Both the position numbers and the translations under genes were made by a program. Of a DNA stretch of 64,000 nucleotides, positions 1 to 22,051 are shown in pieces; the stretch's first letter is position 1; each line of letters starts with the position of its first letter. This DNA comes from Amoebidium appalachense (Eukaryota; Protista; Ichthyosporea): assembly GCA_963693365.1 (NCBI GenBank), contig CAVNZM010000017.1, positions 248,001 through 312,000 of the forward strand, in the 5' to 3' direction. The notes beneath the pieces were generated by a model. The model saw only the letters and a program-made list of their open reading frames with translations, was not told the DNA's origin and did not search any database.

Positions 1-621
1 TAACCCCCTCCCCTCTTCCTCAAGTACAAATGTTAGACATCTGTAGTACGATAGGTGGCCCCCCTTCCAAAGTAGCCTGCAATTTTTCCTACACTGGAAG
101 TTGGATGGTGGTGGTGCCCCCCGGGGGGAGGAGGGGAGGGGAGGGGGAGGGCCTGGGAGCGGGGCGGAGGACTTAAAGAAGGGAGCCACTACATATATAG
201 ATAGGTCTAGAATCTAGGGGGTTTGCCGGTCCTCGCGACTTCTGTGATAGTTACTTAGTTAATAGGTCGTTAAATAGTACTTACTTAGTTGGCCTTTTGT
301 TGTGTGTCACGACACTTACATATTCGAGCTGCCACTCAGAAGGCCTCCTGGACTTCCGGGTTAACCGTCACATATGTCCTTGCTCTTGCACCCCCTCTAT
401 TTATTACCGTATATGGCTACATGAATTTGTTTTCACCTAATCTTGCACAATCAGCCTTTGTTTACATTCCAGTCCGTCTAACCTTTCTGTGCAGCAACAG
501 CGGCTCCAATTGCAAACTGAGTTTCCACAGATATATATATTTTTTTTCCGTCTCGCTGTTTGAAAACTCAGTGTAATGAGGTGCACCTACACTGTGTTTT
601 CACCCCCCACAGAGAGTAACC

Positions 622-8444
<7,823 letters not shown>

Positions 8445-11417
8445 ACACACAGAGGTGTGAGCATGTCCAAACACAGGTGCACGTAGTGTATGTAGGCCGG
8501 AGGTGTTGGAAAACACGTGCACATGTGCCTACAACACTGTGTATGTGGCAGGGGCCGGGCGGGCAGGCGGGCGGGAGGGGGGGGGGGGGGGGGGGGGCTG
8601 CTGCCTGTGTGCCTGTGTGCCTGTGCCTGTATCTGATTTGATAGAGACATTTTTTGAAATGAAACTATCATGGTTAGATGGCGGTCATTTTTTGTATCCA
8701 TCGTTTACCTGCCTGTAGTGTTCCACAACATTCGGTTAGTAAGGGCAGATACCCGCTATATTGTATGTTATCTTCCAGCTACATAGGGTTCGTATTCTTA
8801 ACCCTCGTATTTTTAACCGTGTGGGTCAGCAGACACACAAACACCTACAACTTCGGATACCACGAGCACCCTGGCGGTGCACCAATGAAAGTTAGTCCAA
8901 ATCCCATCTCTTGCCTCCCCCCCACGGCCTTCTTTTTCAGAGGGCCGTGCCCCCCCTCCCCCCCCCCCCCCTGCATCATACCCTGGCATTCCATACATGG
9001 AAGGTGGAGGCCCTAAAGTCATCTGTCCTTGAGTGTTACACGAAAACTATCAGAGCCAAAGCTACTACTGTGCACATGCCTTCTGTGCACCAAGAGTGCA
9101 AGTTCGATGGGGCATGGCACCAGGAAGGGCCATACGTGAGGCATATGTCGTAAGCAAGCAAGCATACATCCGTGTGCATGTTGTGCATTCCGTGCGCCCA
9201 ACTACGGGAATGCTATATTCATTTTCCACTACAACAGTCAGGGATTCGAAGAATGCACAGCAAGCACAACTTCATAGCACCTACATCTATAGCAACAGCG
9301 ACTATCTTCTTCCTCAAATGCATTCGTGCTGAAAGTGGCCGGGCATATAGTTGCAAGTGTGGATGTGCACGCATTACTGAGCATGGACACGGTTACGGTG
9401 TGCGATAGCGCAATGCACGCAAGAGCAACGGTTTTCTTTTGTAAACTCGCGCCGTTCGCGTGCTCGCTGATCGGCTCTGTATTCGCGCACGGTACTTGAT
9501 CACTCGAATGAAACAAAAGTCGCATGATGGATCAGCCATCAGCGCGCATACCTTGCAAATTTGGCATTAGAGCTCCCAGCACGGGTAGACTGAAAGCCAA
9601 GTCCTCACTTGCGCAAGTAGGTCCGCGACCCTCAGCGGCGACCGCACAGGGTGACGCCACGGGTAACGCCCTGGTCCGCCCAGGTTCCGTTGACCGTTCC
9701 CCTCCGCGCATGAGATGACTGCAGCGATGCTCACGCGACCCTGGCAACCCCAGCTGCATCCGTGAAGCTAGCAGGCAGGTGTATGTAAGCCCTGTCACAC
9801 ACAGCCAGCCTATGCGTAGGCTACCCGCGCGGTCCCGGTCCGGTGACGGTCCGCGTATGGACCACTTTGGATCTGGGCCGATCTGTGGAATGCGGCTCCG
9901 GAGCATCTGCGTAGGGCCTTCCCGTGCGCAGACTGCGCAGTCGAGGCGCCATGGTTTTCCGTGCGAAACTTACAACACCTACAAGAACTGAAGCGACTCA
10001 ATCTAACCTACTTTAAGCTTGTATAGGCGCACTTTTAGAGTAGTGAGTAATTGTATATGACAATAATAACAACAGTTTAAAATATTAGCTAAACAATCAA
10101 AAGCCCCGCACGCACATGCCTGCTCATCAGTAGAGCTGCAGTCTACCTCCGGAGTCTAGATCTGTGGACGTGGTGATTGGTGTGGGGTTCACGGAGTTGC
10201 TGCCACCCACTATGGTTAGAAGACGCCGTGACGTGGCCCAGTAGAGTGAAAAAAGAATCTATAAGAGCCAAAGGTTATGCAGAGACCACTTTAACCCGGT
10301 CACTGCAACTTTTTTTGTGTCATCGACAAGCCACTACACCTCAAACCTGCTACCGGAGCTTGTCCCACTGTACGCCCGTTCTAGAAGGTGCAAACGGTGG
10401 GGTTTTGGTGCTACCACTCAGAAGAAGCCAAATAAACATGACTTGGTTGTTCAGGCATAGGCTCAAGTTTGTCCCATCCCCATCATGCTCAACTTATACA
10501 CTGCCCATGACCACCCACCTGCACGCCCCTGACTGCATGGGAAGGCCCGCCCGTACTAGTCCCCCCCTACACAACTAACTTAGGCGAGAACACCGGGCCG
10601 TAAGAAACACACACACACATACAAACAAAAATGCACACAAACACACACACACACACGCACACACGCACACACGCACACACACATGTCGTACACACACACA
10701 CAGACACACACACACACGCAGAGAGAGAGAGAGAGAGAGAGAGAACGAGAGAGGCACACACACACACACACACACACACAGTGCCACACGCAGGCACAAA
10801 CACACACACACACAGTGTCACACGCACGCACAAACACACACACACACAAACACACACGTGTACGTGCAAGTGCACCAGATATGTGTGTACCTTGTTGCCC
10901 TCCCGGCACAATTTTACTACGGCCGGTCGAATTGCATGTCAGATTCTGCATCGCCAAAATGCTCTGAGTTGAATATAAAAGTTGGAGGATATACATTGAG
11001 ACTCAGTACTAGTGTGAATGCCTTTTTTTTTTAAAAAAAAGTGCATGTCTGTTTCTTCGAATTTCTCCACTAGCAAGGCGTCTCGGTTTGGTGTTCGCAC
11101 AGTGTGTGGAAGTTCAGTTATGGTTCATAAGCATAATGTTGTAGAGCTTAGTTTTTTTATATTGATCGGAAATACTGTGTGTGTAGCCTGTAGGCACGGC
11201 GTTGTGTGTCACCATGTCCATGCATGTGCATGCATGCCTGTGGACATGCTAAATATTAAATGGTGCCCTGTACATGTGAATATGTGGGAGTGTGATCATC
11301 GTGACACAGTAGTATGTGGATCTCAGAAATGTACGGATGGATCTAAACGAATTCTGGCATAATGATACGTCGAACCTTATACTAGCTCTTGCCAGCTGGG
11401 CGGGAGAACTTGAAGCC

Positions 11418-11479
<62 letters not shown>

Positions 11480-11507
11480 GTGTGTGTGTGTGTCTGTGTG
11501 TGTGTGT

Positions 11508-11538
<31 letters not shown>

Positions 11539-11548
11539 AGGGGGAGAA

Positions 11549-11579
<31 letters not shown>

Positions 11580-12127
11580 AGGGGCTGTCGGCAACCATCC
11601 GTTCACAAGAGTGCATCTTAAAAAACGTAGTTACTGGACCTGCCAGCAGAAAACATTGTGGCCAATTGTATGAGCGTGTAGACCTAGAATGGCAGGGACG
11701 CAGGTGTGATTGGTGGGGGGGTGCACGTGCATGTGTGTATGTAGATGTGCATGCGGCACGCGTGTGTGTGCAGACATGTGCACGTGCAGGTTGTATGATG
11801 CAGACATGTGCACGTGCATGTGTTTTTGCTAAGCACCGTCACAGCTAACACCACCACCTGCTGCTTCGCAGTCTAGGTTGTTCCAGGCACATACAGGCAC
11901 AAACTCTCGACACACAATGATATCAAGAATTTTCAAGACACAACAAACTGAAAGCTCCAAATCAAGTTACATAAACTCAAGCTTCATAACACTAGCTCAT
12001 CCCAAATACTATGGCGTGGACCAAGTCGAACCTACATGCAATATCTGCCTTCCTTTCGCATCTAGCACAATATCTGTTAAAAACAACTTTAAAAAGACTT
12101 TATAATATAACAATTGGCGAGGACCAA

Positions 12128-13183
12128 TCATGCACCCTCCTTAGGCTTCTCTTCGTCCCCATTGGTCCCCTCCTTCCTTACGTCACTCTTTGTCAGCGGT
12201 GTGGCGCCGTCCAATCGCATGAAGCCAATCAGCTGCTTCGTGTATTCTTCTGGAAACATGCGGAAGTGGCCCACGTGGGGGGACCCCTTGAACACGTGCT
12301 CACTTACTGTCTTTCCGTGCTCACTTTGTAGCTGGATGTATTTCTCTGTGTGGCGAAAGGTTGGGGGGAGGGGGGATTGGAGAGGGGGAGGGAGGGAGGG
12401 GAGGGGGGGAGGGGGGGGGGGGGGGGGGGGGGGGGGGAGAGGGGGGGGGGGGGGGGGGGGGGGGGGACGTGTGAGGCGAAGATATTAGAATAACCATGAA
12501 AAAAGCACCCGAAACAGAAACTTATAAAATATGCATGTACAAAATAGAAACCAAATGCGATTCACATGTCCAAACCCGAAGCGAAATAACAAGTGCATGC
12601 ACCAAACAAAATATGGATTCAATAAGAAAAGCTCTCCCTACGCCTACACAGAAGCACGTGTTTTACTTGTGCATAATTTCTAACCTGCCATTTGCTTCAA
12701 CGGCAATAGGATAATTTATTCTTGCTAGGCCAAGGACAAAGAGGGAAGTTCAAAGAACAGAAGTCACAATCATTTATGCAATCACATACAAACAAACATA
12801 GCGGAAGCATACAAGCATTAGCTCCTATAGGATTTTCAAATGCCTAGGAGGCTAGAATAGTTGGGATGAGAATATATCACTGAGAGGGTGAATCTGTTGA
12901 ACACGATGCTTGAAACAGATTACTCCTCGTCCTCCTTTTTTCTGTGAAACATGGCTTAAAAAATGTCTGTGATTGTCCTTGTGTGTGGCCATAACTATGT
13001 GTGCTCTTGTGTTTGTGTTCGTGTGTTTAATCTTTATGTTTGTGTGTGTGCATGCTTCCATGTGTGTTTCCCCTAACATGTGACTGTATGGGCAAGTGCG
13101 TCTGCGTGTGTTGCTTTGGGGTGGTGGTGTGGTGGTGAGTGAGTGTGAAAGTGTGCAAGTGTGCAAGTGTGCAAGTGTGCAAG

Positions 13184-13276
<93 letters not shown>

Positions 13277-13860
13277 TGTGTACGTGTGTGCACCTGTGGG
13301 TGTGTGTGCGTCTGCACATGTGAGCGATGGTGTATGCGTGTGAGTGATGCTATGTGTGTTATCGTTTTGGAAGGAGGGGGGTAACATACTGACGACAGAT
13401 GATGGGATGAGCTTATCGGCATCCGAGTGGAGATATAACTGTGGGATATTCTCGAGATAGTCGTCATAGCACATCTGCACACACTCCATCTTGGGAATGC
13501 CGTGGGGGGGCCTCCGTGCCTGCATGCGCATTATTGGGAGCACAAAGAGCAGCGCCGGGGTGTACTGCGATGGACGAGATAGGTCAGAATTGAGATAGAC
13601 GGGTATATCTGGCACAAAAAATAATTGGGGTACTGTAATGACCCGGATATGTGGCTCGTGATTGGATGTAGCTATGGAGCATTGCCCAATTAGCAGCCAA
13701 TAAGAATCACCGTGGCATTGTACCAATCAATGCTTGGGAAAGCCAATTAGTCATCTAGCACCAGTGCACACTGTGTTATATTCGATACCACACACCTTCC
13801 CTATCCTCACACAGTTTCATTTTCACGTCCTCAGCCCATCTCCCCATCCGCCATTCCCCA

Positions 13861-13894
<34 letters not shown>

Positions 13895-14422
13895 GGGGGG
13901 GACCCTCCATCCCACCACCACCATGGTCCCTTACTTTTCACTTCCTAAAAGTGCCATTGTCCTTTTTACGCTTCTCGGGCTCAGTCCCCTTGTTGTTTTC
14001 TGATCCCCCCCCCCCCTCCCCCCCTCCCCCCCCCCCCCCCCCAAAAAAAAAAAAAAAAACACCATCACCACGACCACCACCACCCACCCACCCAGCTCGT
14101 CGCCCGTTGGCCACTTCCCTCCTTCCCTTCCCCTCCCCTCTTACCCATTCCCATCCTAACCACCCAATCACGCACCCACGCACCCATGTACCCACACCCA
14201 CACAACCCCCATCTCCCACACATCCCACAAACAAAAAATAGACAAAAATAAACCGAAAAGAAAAGAAGAAGAATAAAAACACCCCTACCAGCCAGTGGAA
14301 GTACTGCGGCCTATTTAATATCATGGCAGTCAGGGGAAATGCCATTGGTGCCGCACTCTTGATGTATCGCTCTAGGTTGGGGCAGCTGTCAAACACAACA
14401 CCCTTAATGGCTGTCTCAACAA

Positions 14423-14499
<77 letters not shown>

Positions 14500-14802
14500 C
14501 GTGCGTTCGTGCGTGTGTGCGTGCGTGGGGGGGGGGGGGGGGGGGGGGGGGGCTGGGGGTGGGGGGAGGGGGAGAGCATTAGAGGCTGGAAATATAGAGG
14601 AGAAATCAAATGGCAAAACACAAACCGTCACAAAATCGAAATCACGAAATCATACCTTAGAAGGGGGGGGGGGGGGGGGGGGGGGAAGAAGGTGTTTGGG
14701 GGGGGGGGGGGGGATGTGGTAGGGTTTTTTTGATTGGGGGGGGAGAGGTGTTTTTGGGGGGGGGGGGGGGGGGGGGGGGATGTGGTAGGGTATTTTTGGT
14801 TT

Positions 14803-14845
<43 letters not shown>

Positions 14846-14932
14846 GAAGGTGGTATACGTGTGTGTTCTGAAGAGGCGGTCCGTGAGAAAGAAATGCGAA
14901 CTGGGGTTTGGCAAGGAAAGGGGAAGGGGGAA

Positions 14933-14964
<32 letters not shown>

Positions 14965-15263
14965 GGAATGCATGGGTACAGATAACACATGCAAAAAGGA
15001 CAACCTGGGGGTGGAATAAACATCCTAAAAGGTTCTGCATGGACAAAAACGAATGATGATGACAGGTACATGCACGTGGTGTTTGCTTGTGCTCATACGA
15101 ACTTGCGCAGATGCACATGCACATACACACAGTTGCGTATATGTACAGCAAGATCAAGGATGTACAGGCGCAGTGGGCTTACACCCACGCACACACACAC
15201 GCACACACACCACAACACACACACCTACACACACACACACACTTCCGCACACACACTTGCACA

Positions 15264-15303
<40 letters not shown>

Positions 15304-15606
15304 AACACACACACACACGTACGAGTACTCGTCCAGGGACCAGATGTTAAGCAGTGCCCCGTAGGCAAACATTCCATTGTTGCTGTGCACGTGCAGATAC
15401 ACCTGGGGGTCCTTGTGCTCCCCTATCTGTGTGTGTGTGTGTGTATGTGTGTGTGTGTGTGCGCGCGCGCGTGTGTGTGCGTGTGTGTGTGTGCGCGTGT
15501 GTTTGTGTACGTGTGTGTCTGTGTGTACGTGTGTGTAAGTGTGAGTGAGTGTGTGTGGGTGGGTGCGCGCGCGTGTGTACCTGTGTGTGTGTACCTGTGC
15601 GTGTGT

Positions 15607-15646
<40 letters not shown>

Positions 15647-16059
15647 ATGTGGCGGGGGAGCAGAAGGGTGTGGGTTGAACATTTGTGTGGAGTTATGGAA
15701 GAGTTGGATCTGAGATGGAAAGGGCGAGCGGGGGAGAGGTGGGGGGGGGGGGGGGGGGGGGGGATGTACGCATTATAGAGTTGGAGATATGGAGGAAACA
15801 CCGAAAGACAAAACAAAAAACATCACAAAACTCAAAAACGCGAAATCGAACCATAAAATAGAATGAATAAAAACCGTGCAGGCAGAAGACACTTGAAAAT
15901 AGCCCATCAACAGGGAGGGCTCCTACGCCTACACAAGAGAAGGGGTTTCGACTCTTTAACCTCTCACACGTGGTTCCGAACTGGCAATTGCAAGGTACAA
16001 TATGATTGCTTGACTAGTAGGCAAGAGCATGGAATCAAGGAACATGGGGTGGGCAAGAA

Positions 16060-16092
<33 letters not shown>

Positions 16093-16212
16093 CTGGCTCA
16101 CATGGAAGGATAAAGTTTGTGGTTGTATGGATGTGCAGTAAGAGAATTGATGGGGTAGTTGGGGTGGAGTAATTCAGAGGCAACAAGCGAACCTGTGTTT
16201 GTGTGTGTGTGT

Positions 16213-16254
<42 letters not shown>

Positions 16255-16371
16255 GGGGATCTAACCTCTTCAATGGTGTATTCACAGATCTTTTCGAGGG
16301 GTCGAATGTCGACGTATCCGTGTACAAGATCAATCATGGGGGGGATGTATGTGACTGTGGTGACACCGTTC

Positions 16372-16421
<50 letters not shown>

Positions 16422-16426
16422 TGTGT

Positions 16427-16467
<41 letters not shown>

Positions 16468-16479
16468 TGTGTGTGTGTT

Positions 16480-16540
<61 letters not shown>

Positions 16541-16541
16541 T

Positions 16542-16573
<32 letters not shown>

Positions 16574-16827
16574 GTGTGTGTGTGTGTGTGCATGTGTTTC
16601 TGTGGCGCTGGGGGGGCGGGGGAGGGGGGGGGAAGAGTTGATGCAGGCAGAACTCACTGAATGACTTTTCTCTTATCCAAGAGGAGAAAGGGAAGAGGGG
16701 TCATATGGAGAGAGCACGGGGCAAGGAAAAGGGTGTGGGACGAGGGGATGTGTGCAGGGGGGGGAAGAGGGGGGGGGGGGGGGGGGGGGGGATGGGAGGA
16801 GGGGAAGGGGTGTATGTGTTGAGGAGA

Positions 16828-16868
<41 letters not shown>

Positions 16869-18999
16869 AGAGGTGGACAGTTTGTATGCATATCCTGAAA
16901 GAAAGAAGTCGGGCGCGATAATTGTGGCATGTCTTAGGTTTGGTGCACTCACGCTAACACGGCCAGCAAGCTTCCGCTTGTAACTGGCTACCGGATATCT
17001 GGGGGGACTCAGATCATTATCTGCGTTTGAATTTTGACTCCACAGTCTAGCACGCTAAACCCAGCTCAGGAGGGTGGAGGGGGGGGGGAGGGGGAAGGAT
17101 GGGTGTTGGGGGAGAGGAGGGGGGAGGGGGGAGGGAGGGGGGGGGGGGGGGGGGGGGGGGAGGGGAGGGGAGAACAATACCTGTATATACCACTGTGTCT
17201 GTCTGCGCATCTGTAAGGATGGCCTGTGGGTTAGCGCCAGGCGTTTTGCGTTTTTGAAAAAACTGTGTGCAGAGAGAACATGTGATGAAGAAGGGAAGGA
17301 GTGTGGCTACGACATAGAGCATGTTGAGCTCTTTTCGGACGTAGGAAAGAGGAGGGAGGGGCTGCCATGGAAGCAAGGTTTGGGATGAAGGGAAGCCGGG
17401 TGGGGGGAGGAGGGGGTGTTCAACGATGGGGTTTCGGACAAGGTGGAGTTCTGTGGCCTTCCTTGTGTTTGTCTTCTCAGGTAGTACATGTTGCAAGAAT
17501 TTATGTGTATGCACTCGTGGACGCACCAAGACCAGATTTAGTGGTGGAAGGGAAAGATGGCGACCGTAGGGGGGAGGAAGCGGGAGAGGGGGCAGGGGGA
17601 GGGGGAACTCAGCAAGGTATGGGGGGAGGAGGGGCGAGGGGGGGGAGGGGGGTGGGAAGAGGCATGATTCCCAGCTTGAAGGAGTGTATGGGTGAATGTG
17701 ATAGCAGTGCGGGTGCAGATCTGTGTGAAAGTGCAGGCAAGCGGACTGGGCTGTGGAAGGTTGTTCCAGAACTAAATATACTATATTCTGGTGGGGAGAT
17801 GGCGGTCGGGGAGATCCGGGTCACCAAAACAAAATATAGGGTGCCGTGGGGAAGGGAGGTGCCGTGGGGAAGGGAGGGCGGAGGGGGGGGGGGGGGGGGG
17901 GGGGGAGGGGTTACGAGAGAGGGAAGAGAGAAATGGGTAGAGCAGGAAGAGGAGGGAGGGGGGGGGGGGGGAGGGGGGGGCACGCATTCATTTGCGTGTT
18001 GATGCATTTGCATATCCTTGCGTGCCTTTGTGCTTGTATATGCGTATTGCTTTGAGTGTATAACTTGTGTTGAAATCATAACAAGCCCGCACTTAAAACT
18101 ATCACTCTCCGGATGAAAGGGGTTGAAAAAAAAAAGGAGGTGGCGATGAGAGTAGTGGAGCCGAGACGGGCGGGGGGGGGATGTATGTGTTAGAGGGTTG
18201 GAAATATAGAGGCGACAACAAAGAGCAACAACATAGGGTCACAAAAGTGGGAAACCCAAAATCAAACAATTTAACCGTGCAGGCAGAAGACACTTGAACA
18301 GAGCCCATCATCAGGGGGGTTCCTATGCCTCCACAAAAGCTTGGCTCGCGCGTGGTTCTCAACCCATACTTTGCTTCAACAGCATTTGCCGAGTCCACCC
18401 GTCTTGGCCAAAGGCGAGCAGGGGTGTTCAAGGAGCAGCCATCTAAGAAAACAGAGTCTACAAAAACTGCAAGCAGACAAAAACAAAGAAAACAAGCAGA
18501 GAAGTAGAGCATAAGCCGGGCTTCTACAAGGTTCCCCGACTCCCTAACCTATGGAGAAGGGGAGTGAGAGAAGGGGAGGGGGGGGGGGGGGGGGGGGGGA
18601 GAGGGGGGGGAGGGGGGGGGGGGAGGGGGAGGGGAATGATGTCCCATGCTGCCGAATGTAGGAGGTGGAAAGGGGAAGATAGCAGGAGGTTAAGTGGACG
18701 GGGGCGAGGAGGCCACCCCGGGGGGGGGGAGGGGGGGGGGGGGGGGGGGGGAGGCGGGTGGGGGAGGGCGGGCTTGAGCGAATCTCGTCTTGTTCGCACC
18801 TGTTTGAGTGTTGCGCCCCCCAGCCCAACATGATAGCCAGCACACGGGGGTTCCTTGTCTTCTCAGGGGGTGCCCTTGTTATCACGACACTGTTGTCTAC
18901 CGTCGCTTGTGCCACCTTTTTGACTAGTCTTGACACGTGCACATACACCCCCGCAGGGATGGCGGCGGCACCTAGCGCTGCTATTGCTTCGACTAACAT
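12128..18999 (-). CDS. TMEM53/DUF829-family alpha/beta-hydrolase-fold protein; exons 18999-18800, 17223-17181, 16370-16266, 15426-15323, 14424-14289, 13564-13390, 12345-12128
   Basis: Phase-consistent GT-AG splicing. Family-like motifs appear in order: [56 protein letters not shown]. Stop TGA at 12130-12128. Confidence 0.85.
15763..15985 (-). mobile_element. Dispersed repeat family, subtype A copy, in a TMEM53-like intron
   Basis: Shares accgtgcaggcagaagacacttgaa...agcccatca.caggg with 18274-18330 and with the reverse complement of 59460-59515. Confidence 0.75.
18181..18550 (-). mobile_element. Dispersed repeat family, subtype A copy
   Basis: Collinear similarity over about 270 bp to the reverse complement of 59314-59590; abuts a poly-G tract. 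Confidence 0.8.
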
Positions 19000-19744
19000 G
19001 ATGGTGCGGGGGGGTGAGGGAAGGCGGTGTGGGAAGGAGATGGAGGGAGAAGTTTGGGATGAAACTTAGGCTGGGGCAGATGGCGAAGGGATGGAGGAGT
19101 GGGAACTTCGATATATCTCGCCAGAAGGCTTCTGTGTCTCAAATAAAACTGAAAGTTTTCTGCTCTTCTTCCGGCCCACTTTCGCAAGAAGCCTCACACA
19201 GGCTTTTCGACGAACATTTTTGACTGACTAAACTAATAAAACGGCGCCATTTTAAACAACCATATATGGTGTTTTTTAAAAATTACCTAGTGGCTCGGAA
19301 CGCACCAGCTCCGATGATTGCTCAGTGAACTGTGCAATCTCGATGAAAATAGTCTGTAATGTGTTTTACGTCATAGCTTACGTCAATAATGTGTAAACGC
19401 AGAACTTACGAGAAAAAATATATATATCAAATAGATGACTAGAGTATGCCAATGTAGACTATAGAGCGACTGATGTCATAACCGTTTCAGCCGTGTTTCT
19501 CTGGTCTGAGTCAAGGCATCCTGCTCCTTACTCCTACCCTCCTCCGGGCACATAACTTTTGTGCCCTTCACAGTCTTTTTTTGCAACATCGCAGTACAGT
19601 ATCTAGCCAAAGATTCCCTTGGCCACTATAGTCACAAACGCAGAAGGAAGCTGCAACCTCGTTCCATATCACAGCAAATCTTGCTCTCTCTTCACCTACC
19701 TAGCTAACCGTTGCCTCCCTCACTCCCATCTCTCCATTTCCATC
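19000..19744. promoter_or_regulatory. Probable bidirectional promoter between the divergent TMEM53-like and decarboxylase genes
   Basis: Head-to-head genes about 745 bp apart. The interval is microsatellite-free and has TTACGTCA twice (~19366-19385) and TGAGTCA (~19507). Confidence 0.5.
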
Positions 19745-21133
19745 ATGTCCAACGCAGACGACATCACCACCCTCCTCCACACCACCTTCACCCACGCCAC
19801 AAATTATCTCACAACCCTCTCCTCGCGCCCCGTTTTCCCATCCCCCACCTCCATAGCTCGTCTTAAAGAACTTGATCATCCTCTATCCACCAACGGCCAC
19901 CCTCCCTTTGAGGTGATTAGTCTACTTCACGATGTTGCCAGCCCAGCGACCGTAGCAAGCGCCGGGGGAAAATACTTCGGTTTTGTGACGGGGGGTAGTC
20001 TACCCGCTGCTCTTGCCGCGAATTGGCTCGCAGGGGCATGGGATCAGAACTGCAGTTTGAGTTTGATGTCTCCCGCCACGGTGCAAATTGAAAACATCGC
20101 CCTTGGATGGTGTGCGGATGTTCTTGGGCTACCGAAGGATTGCGCGGGGGCCTTTGTCACCGGGGCAACATCGGCGAATCTCGCGGGGTTAGCAGCGGCG
20201 AGGAGGCATATTTTGCTGAGAGAGGGGTGGGATGTGGAGGAGAAGGGCCTGTTTGGTGCGCCAGAGATAACGGTGTTGGTTGGGGGGGAGGTGCACGTGA
20301 GCGTGACCAAGGCGCTGGGGATGTTGGGTTTTGGTAGATCCCGTGTGGTGAGGGTGCCCGTGGATGGACAGGGGAGAATGAGGCCGGATGCAATGCCCCC
20401 CCTCAACAATAGGACGATTGTGTGCGTGCAGGCAGGAAATGTCAACACAGGCGCAATAGACCCCATGGATGAAATTTGCGCAAGTGCAAGGGAGGCAGGT
20501 GCATGGGTGCATGTCGATGGTGCGTTTGGGCTCTGGGCTGCCGCATCATCAAAATACGCACGTTTGACGAAAGGGGCGGACATGGCGGATTCATGGGCCA
20601 CCGATGGGCACAAGTACCTTAACGTGCCCTATGACTGCGGCATAGTGATGTGTCGGCACAAGGAGAGTTTAAGGGGGGCTATGATGGTCCCTGCCCCCTA
20701 TTTGATTACCGATGGCGGGAGGGAACCCCAACACTACGGCCCGGAATTTTCGCGCAGGGCTAGGGGGGTCGATGTGTGGGCAGCGTTGCTTTCGCTTGGG
20801 AAAAATGGTGTTGCGGACTTGGTGGAACGCACGTGCGCACACGCAAAAGTGTTTGCTGGGGGGCTCAAAGACGCCGGGTACGAAATTTTGAACGATGTCG
20901 TACTCAACCAGGTGCTTGTGAGTTTCGGTGATGATGAAATTACACGACGGGTGGTGGCTGGGGTACAACAAGAGGGGACCACGTGGATGGGGGGGTCTGT
21001 ATGGAAGGGGAGGGCCGTGATGAGAATCAGTGTGTCGTCATGGGCAACAAGTGACGAGGATGTGAGAGTGGCTCTTGAGGCAATAATCAAGGTGGCTGGG
21101 GAGTTGTGTAGGGGGGGTAAACGGAAAAAGTAA
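19745..21133 (+). CDS. Intronless group II pyridoxal-phosphate-dependent decarboxylase (aromatic amino acid decarboxylase-like, bacterial type)
   Basis: Uninterrupted ORF, first ATG at 19745 (MSNADD). Motifs YFGFVTGGSLPAALAANWLAGAWDQN, QAGNVNTGAIDP, WVHVDGAFGLWA, ADSWATDGHK (PLP lysine), SRRARG, MRISVSSWAT. Confidence 0.93.
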   Translation: MSNADDITTLLHTTFTHATNYLTTLSSRPVFPSPTSIARLKELDHPLSTNGHPPFEVISLLHDVASPATVASAGGKYFGFVTGGSLPAALAANWLAGAWDQNCSLSLMSPATVQIENIALGWCADVLGLPKDCAGAFVTGATSANLAGLAAARRHILLREGWDVEEKGLFGAPEITVLVGGEVHVSVTKALGMLGFGRSRVVRVPVDGQGRMRPDAMPPLNNRTIVCVQAGNVNTGAIDPMDEICASAREAGAWVHVDGAFGLWAAASSKYARLTKGADMADSWATDGHKYLNVPYDCGIVMCRHKESLRGAMMVPAPYLITDGGREPQHYGPEFSRRARGVDVWAALLSLGKNGVADLVERTCAHAKVFAGGLKDAGYEILNDVVLNQVLVSFGDDEITRRVVAGVQQEGTTWMGGSVWKGRAVMRISVSSWATSDEDVRVALEAIIKVAGELCRGGKRKK

Positions 21134-21501
21134 ACGTTAGCAGAAAGGGGGGAGACTGGGGGGGAATAGGGGTTTGGGGGGGGGGGGAGGGGGGGGGAGG
21201 GGAGGGTGGACGGGGAGGAGGGGGAGGGGAGGGGGGGGGGGGGGGGGGGGGGGAAGAGAGAGGTTGGGGGACACTATGGGTATTATTGACAAGGGGGACT
21301 ATGTTGGTTTGTTATTGGACATACTTATTGTTTGTTTGTTTCATTTTTCATGCTACAGTATTCCGCTGAAAAAATCACTTAATGGGGTGGATGTTGTTTG
21401 GTCGTGTTAGCATGAACTGTGTAAAGAGTATTTCTTGTTTTGTCGGTGAGGTTCTTGTAGATCCAACACACACATACACACATACACACATACACACACA
21501 C

Positions 21502-21551
<50 letters not shown>

Positions 21552-21935
21552 CACACTCACACAAACCCAGCTGCAGTAGTAAGGCTTTACTACGGGCCAC
21601 AAAGAAAAACATGAAAACGACTCTGGCATTGAATGGGCACTTTTCCAACAGTGAGTCGAGCGCAATTCAACATGTCACGATACTGCGCAAACACTTTTAA
21701 AAAGCTCTTATTACTTTTTTTAAAAATATAATATTTTAGTTTTGCTCAGATGATTAATTAAAATGACCAAAATTTTGCCAGACACCGCCGTGTCACCAAG
21801 TTCAAATCGTGTGCCATTCTTTTTTTTTCCATTGAAAAAATAATTGAAACGGTTTTTGGTTAAACTTGTTAATGATAATTTTGCATCGTTTTATTTGTTT
21901 TTCGGGGTGTGTGTGGTGGTGGTGATCACCGGGAA

Positions 21936-21969
<34 letters not shown>

Positions 21970-22000
21970 GTTTTTTTTTGGTAGGGGAAAACTGGGTGGC

Positions 22001-22051
<51 letters not shown>

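Noticed and set aside
9430-10570. GC/CpG-rich intergenic block after HPRT as a gene or transposon
   Set aside because: I found no recognisable protein motif, terminal repeat or second copy in the window.
19619-19744. N-terminal extension of the decarboxylase from the TTG start in the ORF track
   Set aside because: The context is eukaryotic; the first ATG at 19745 coincides with the start of family-like sequence.
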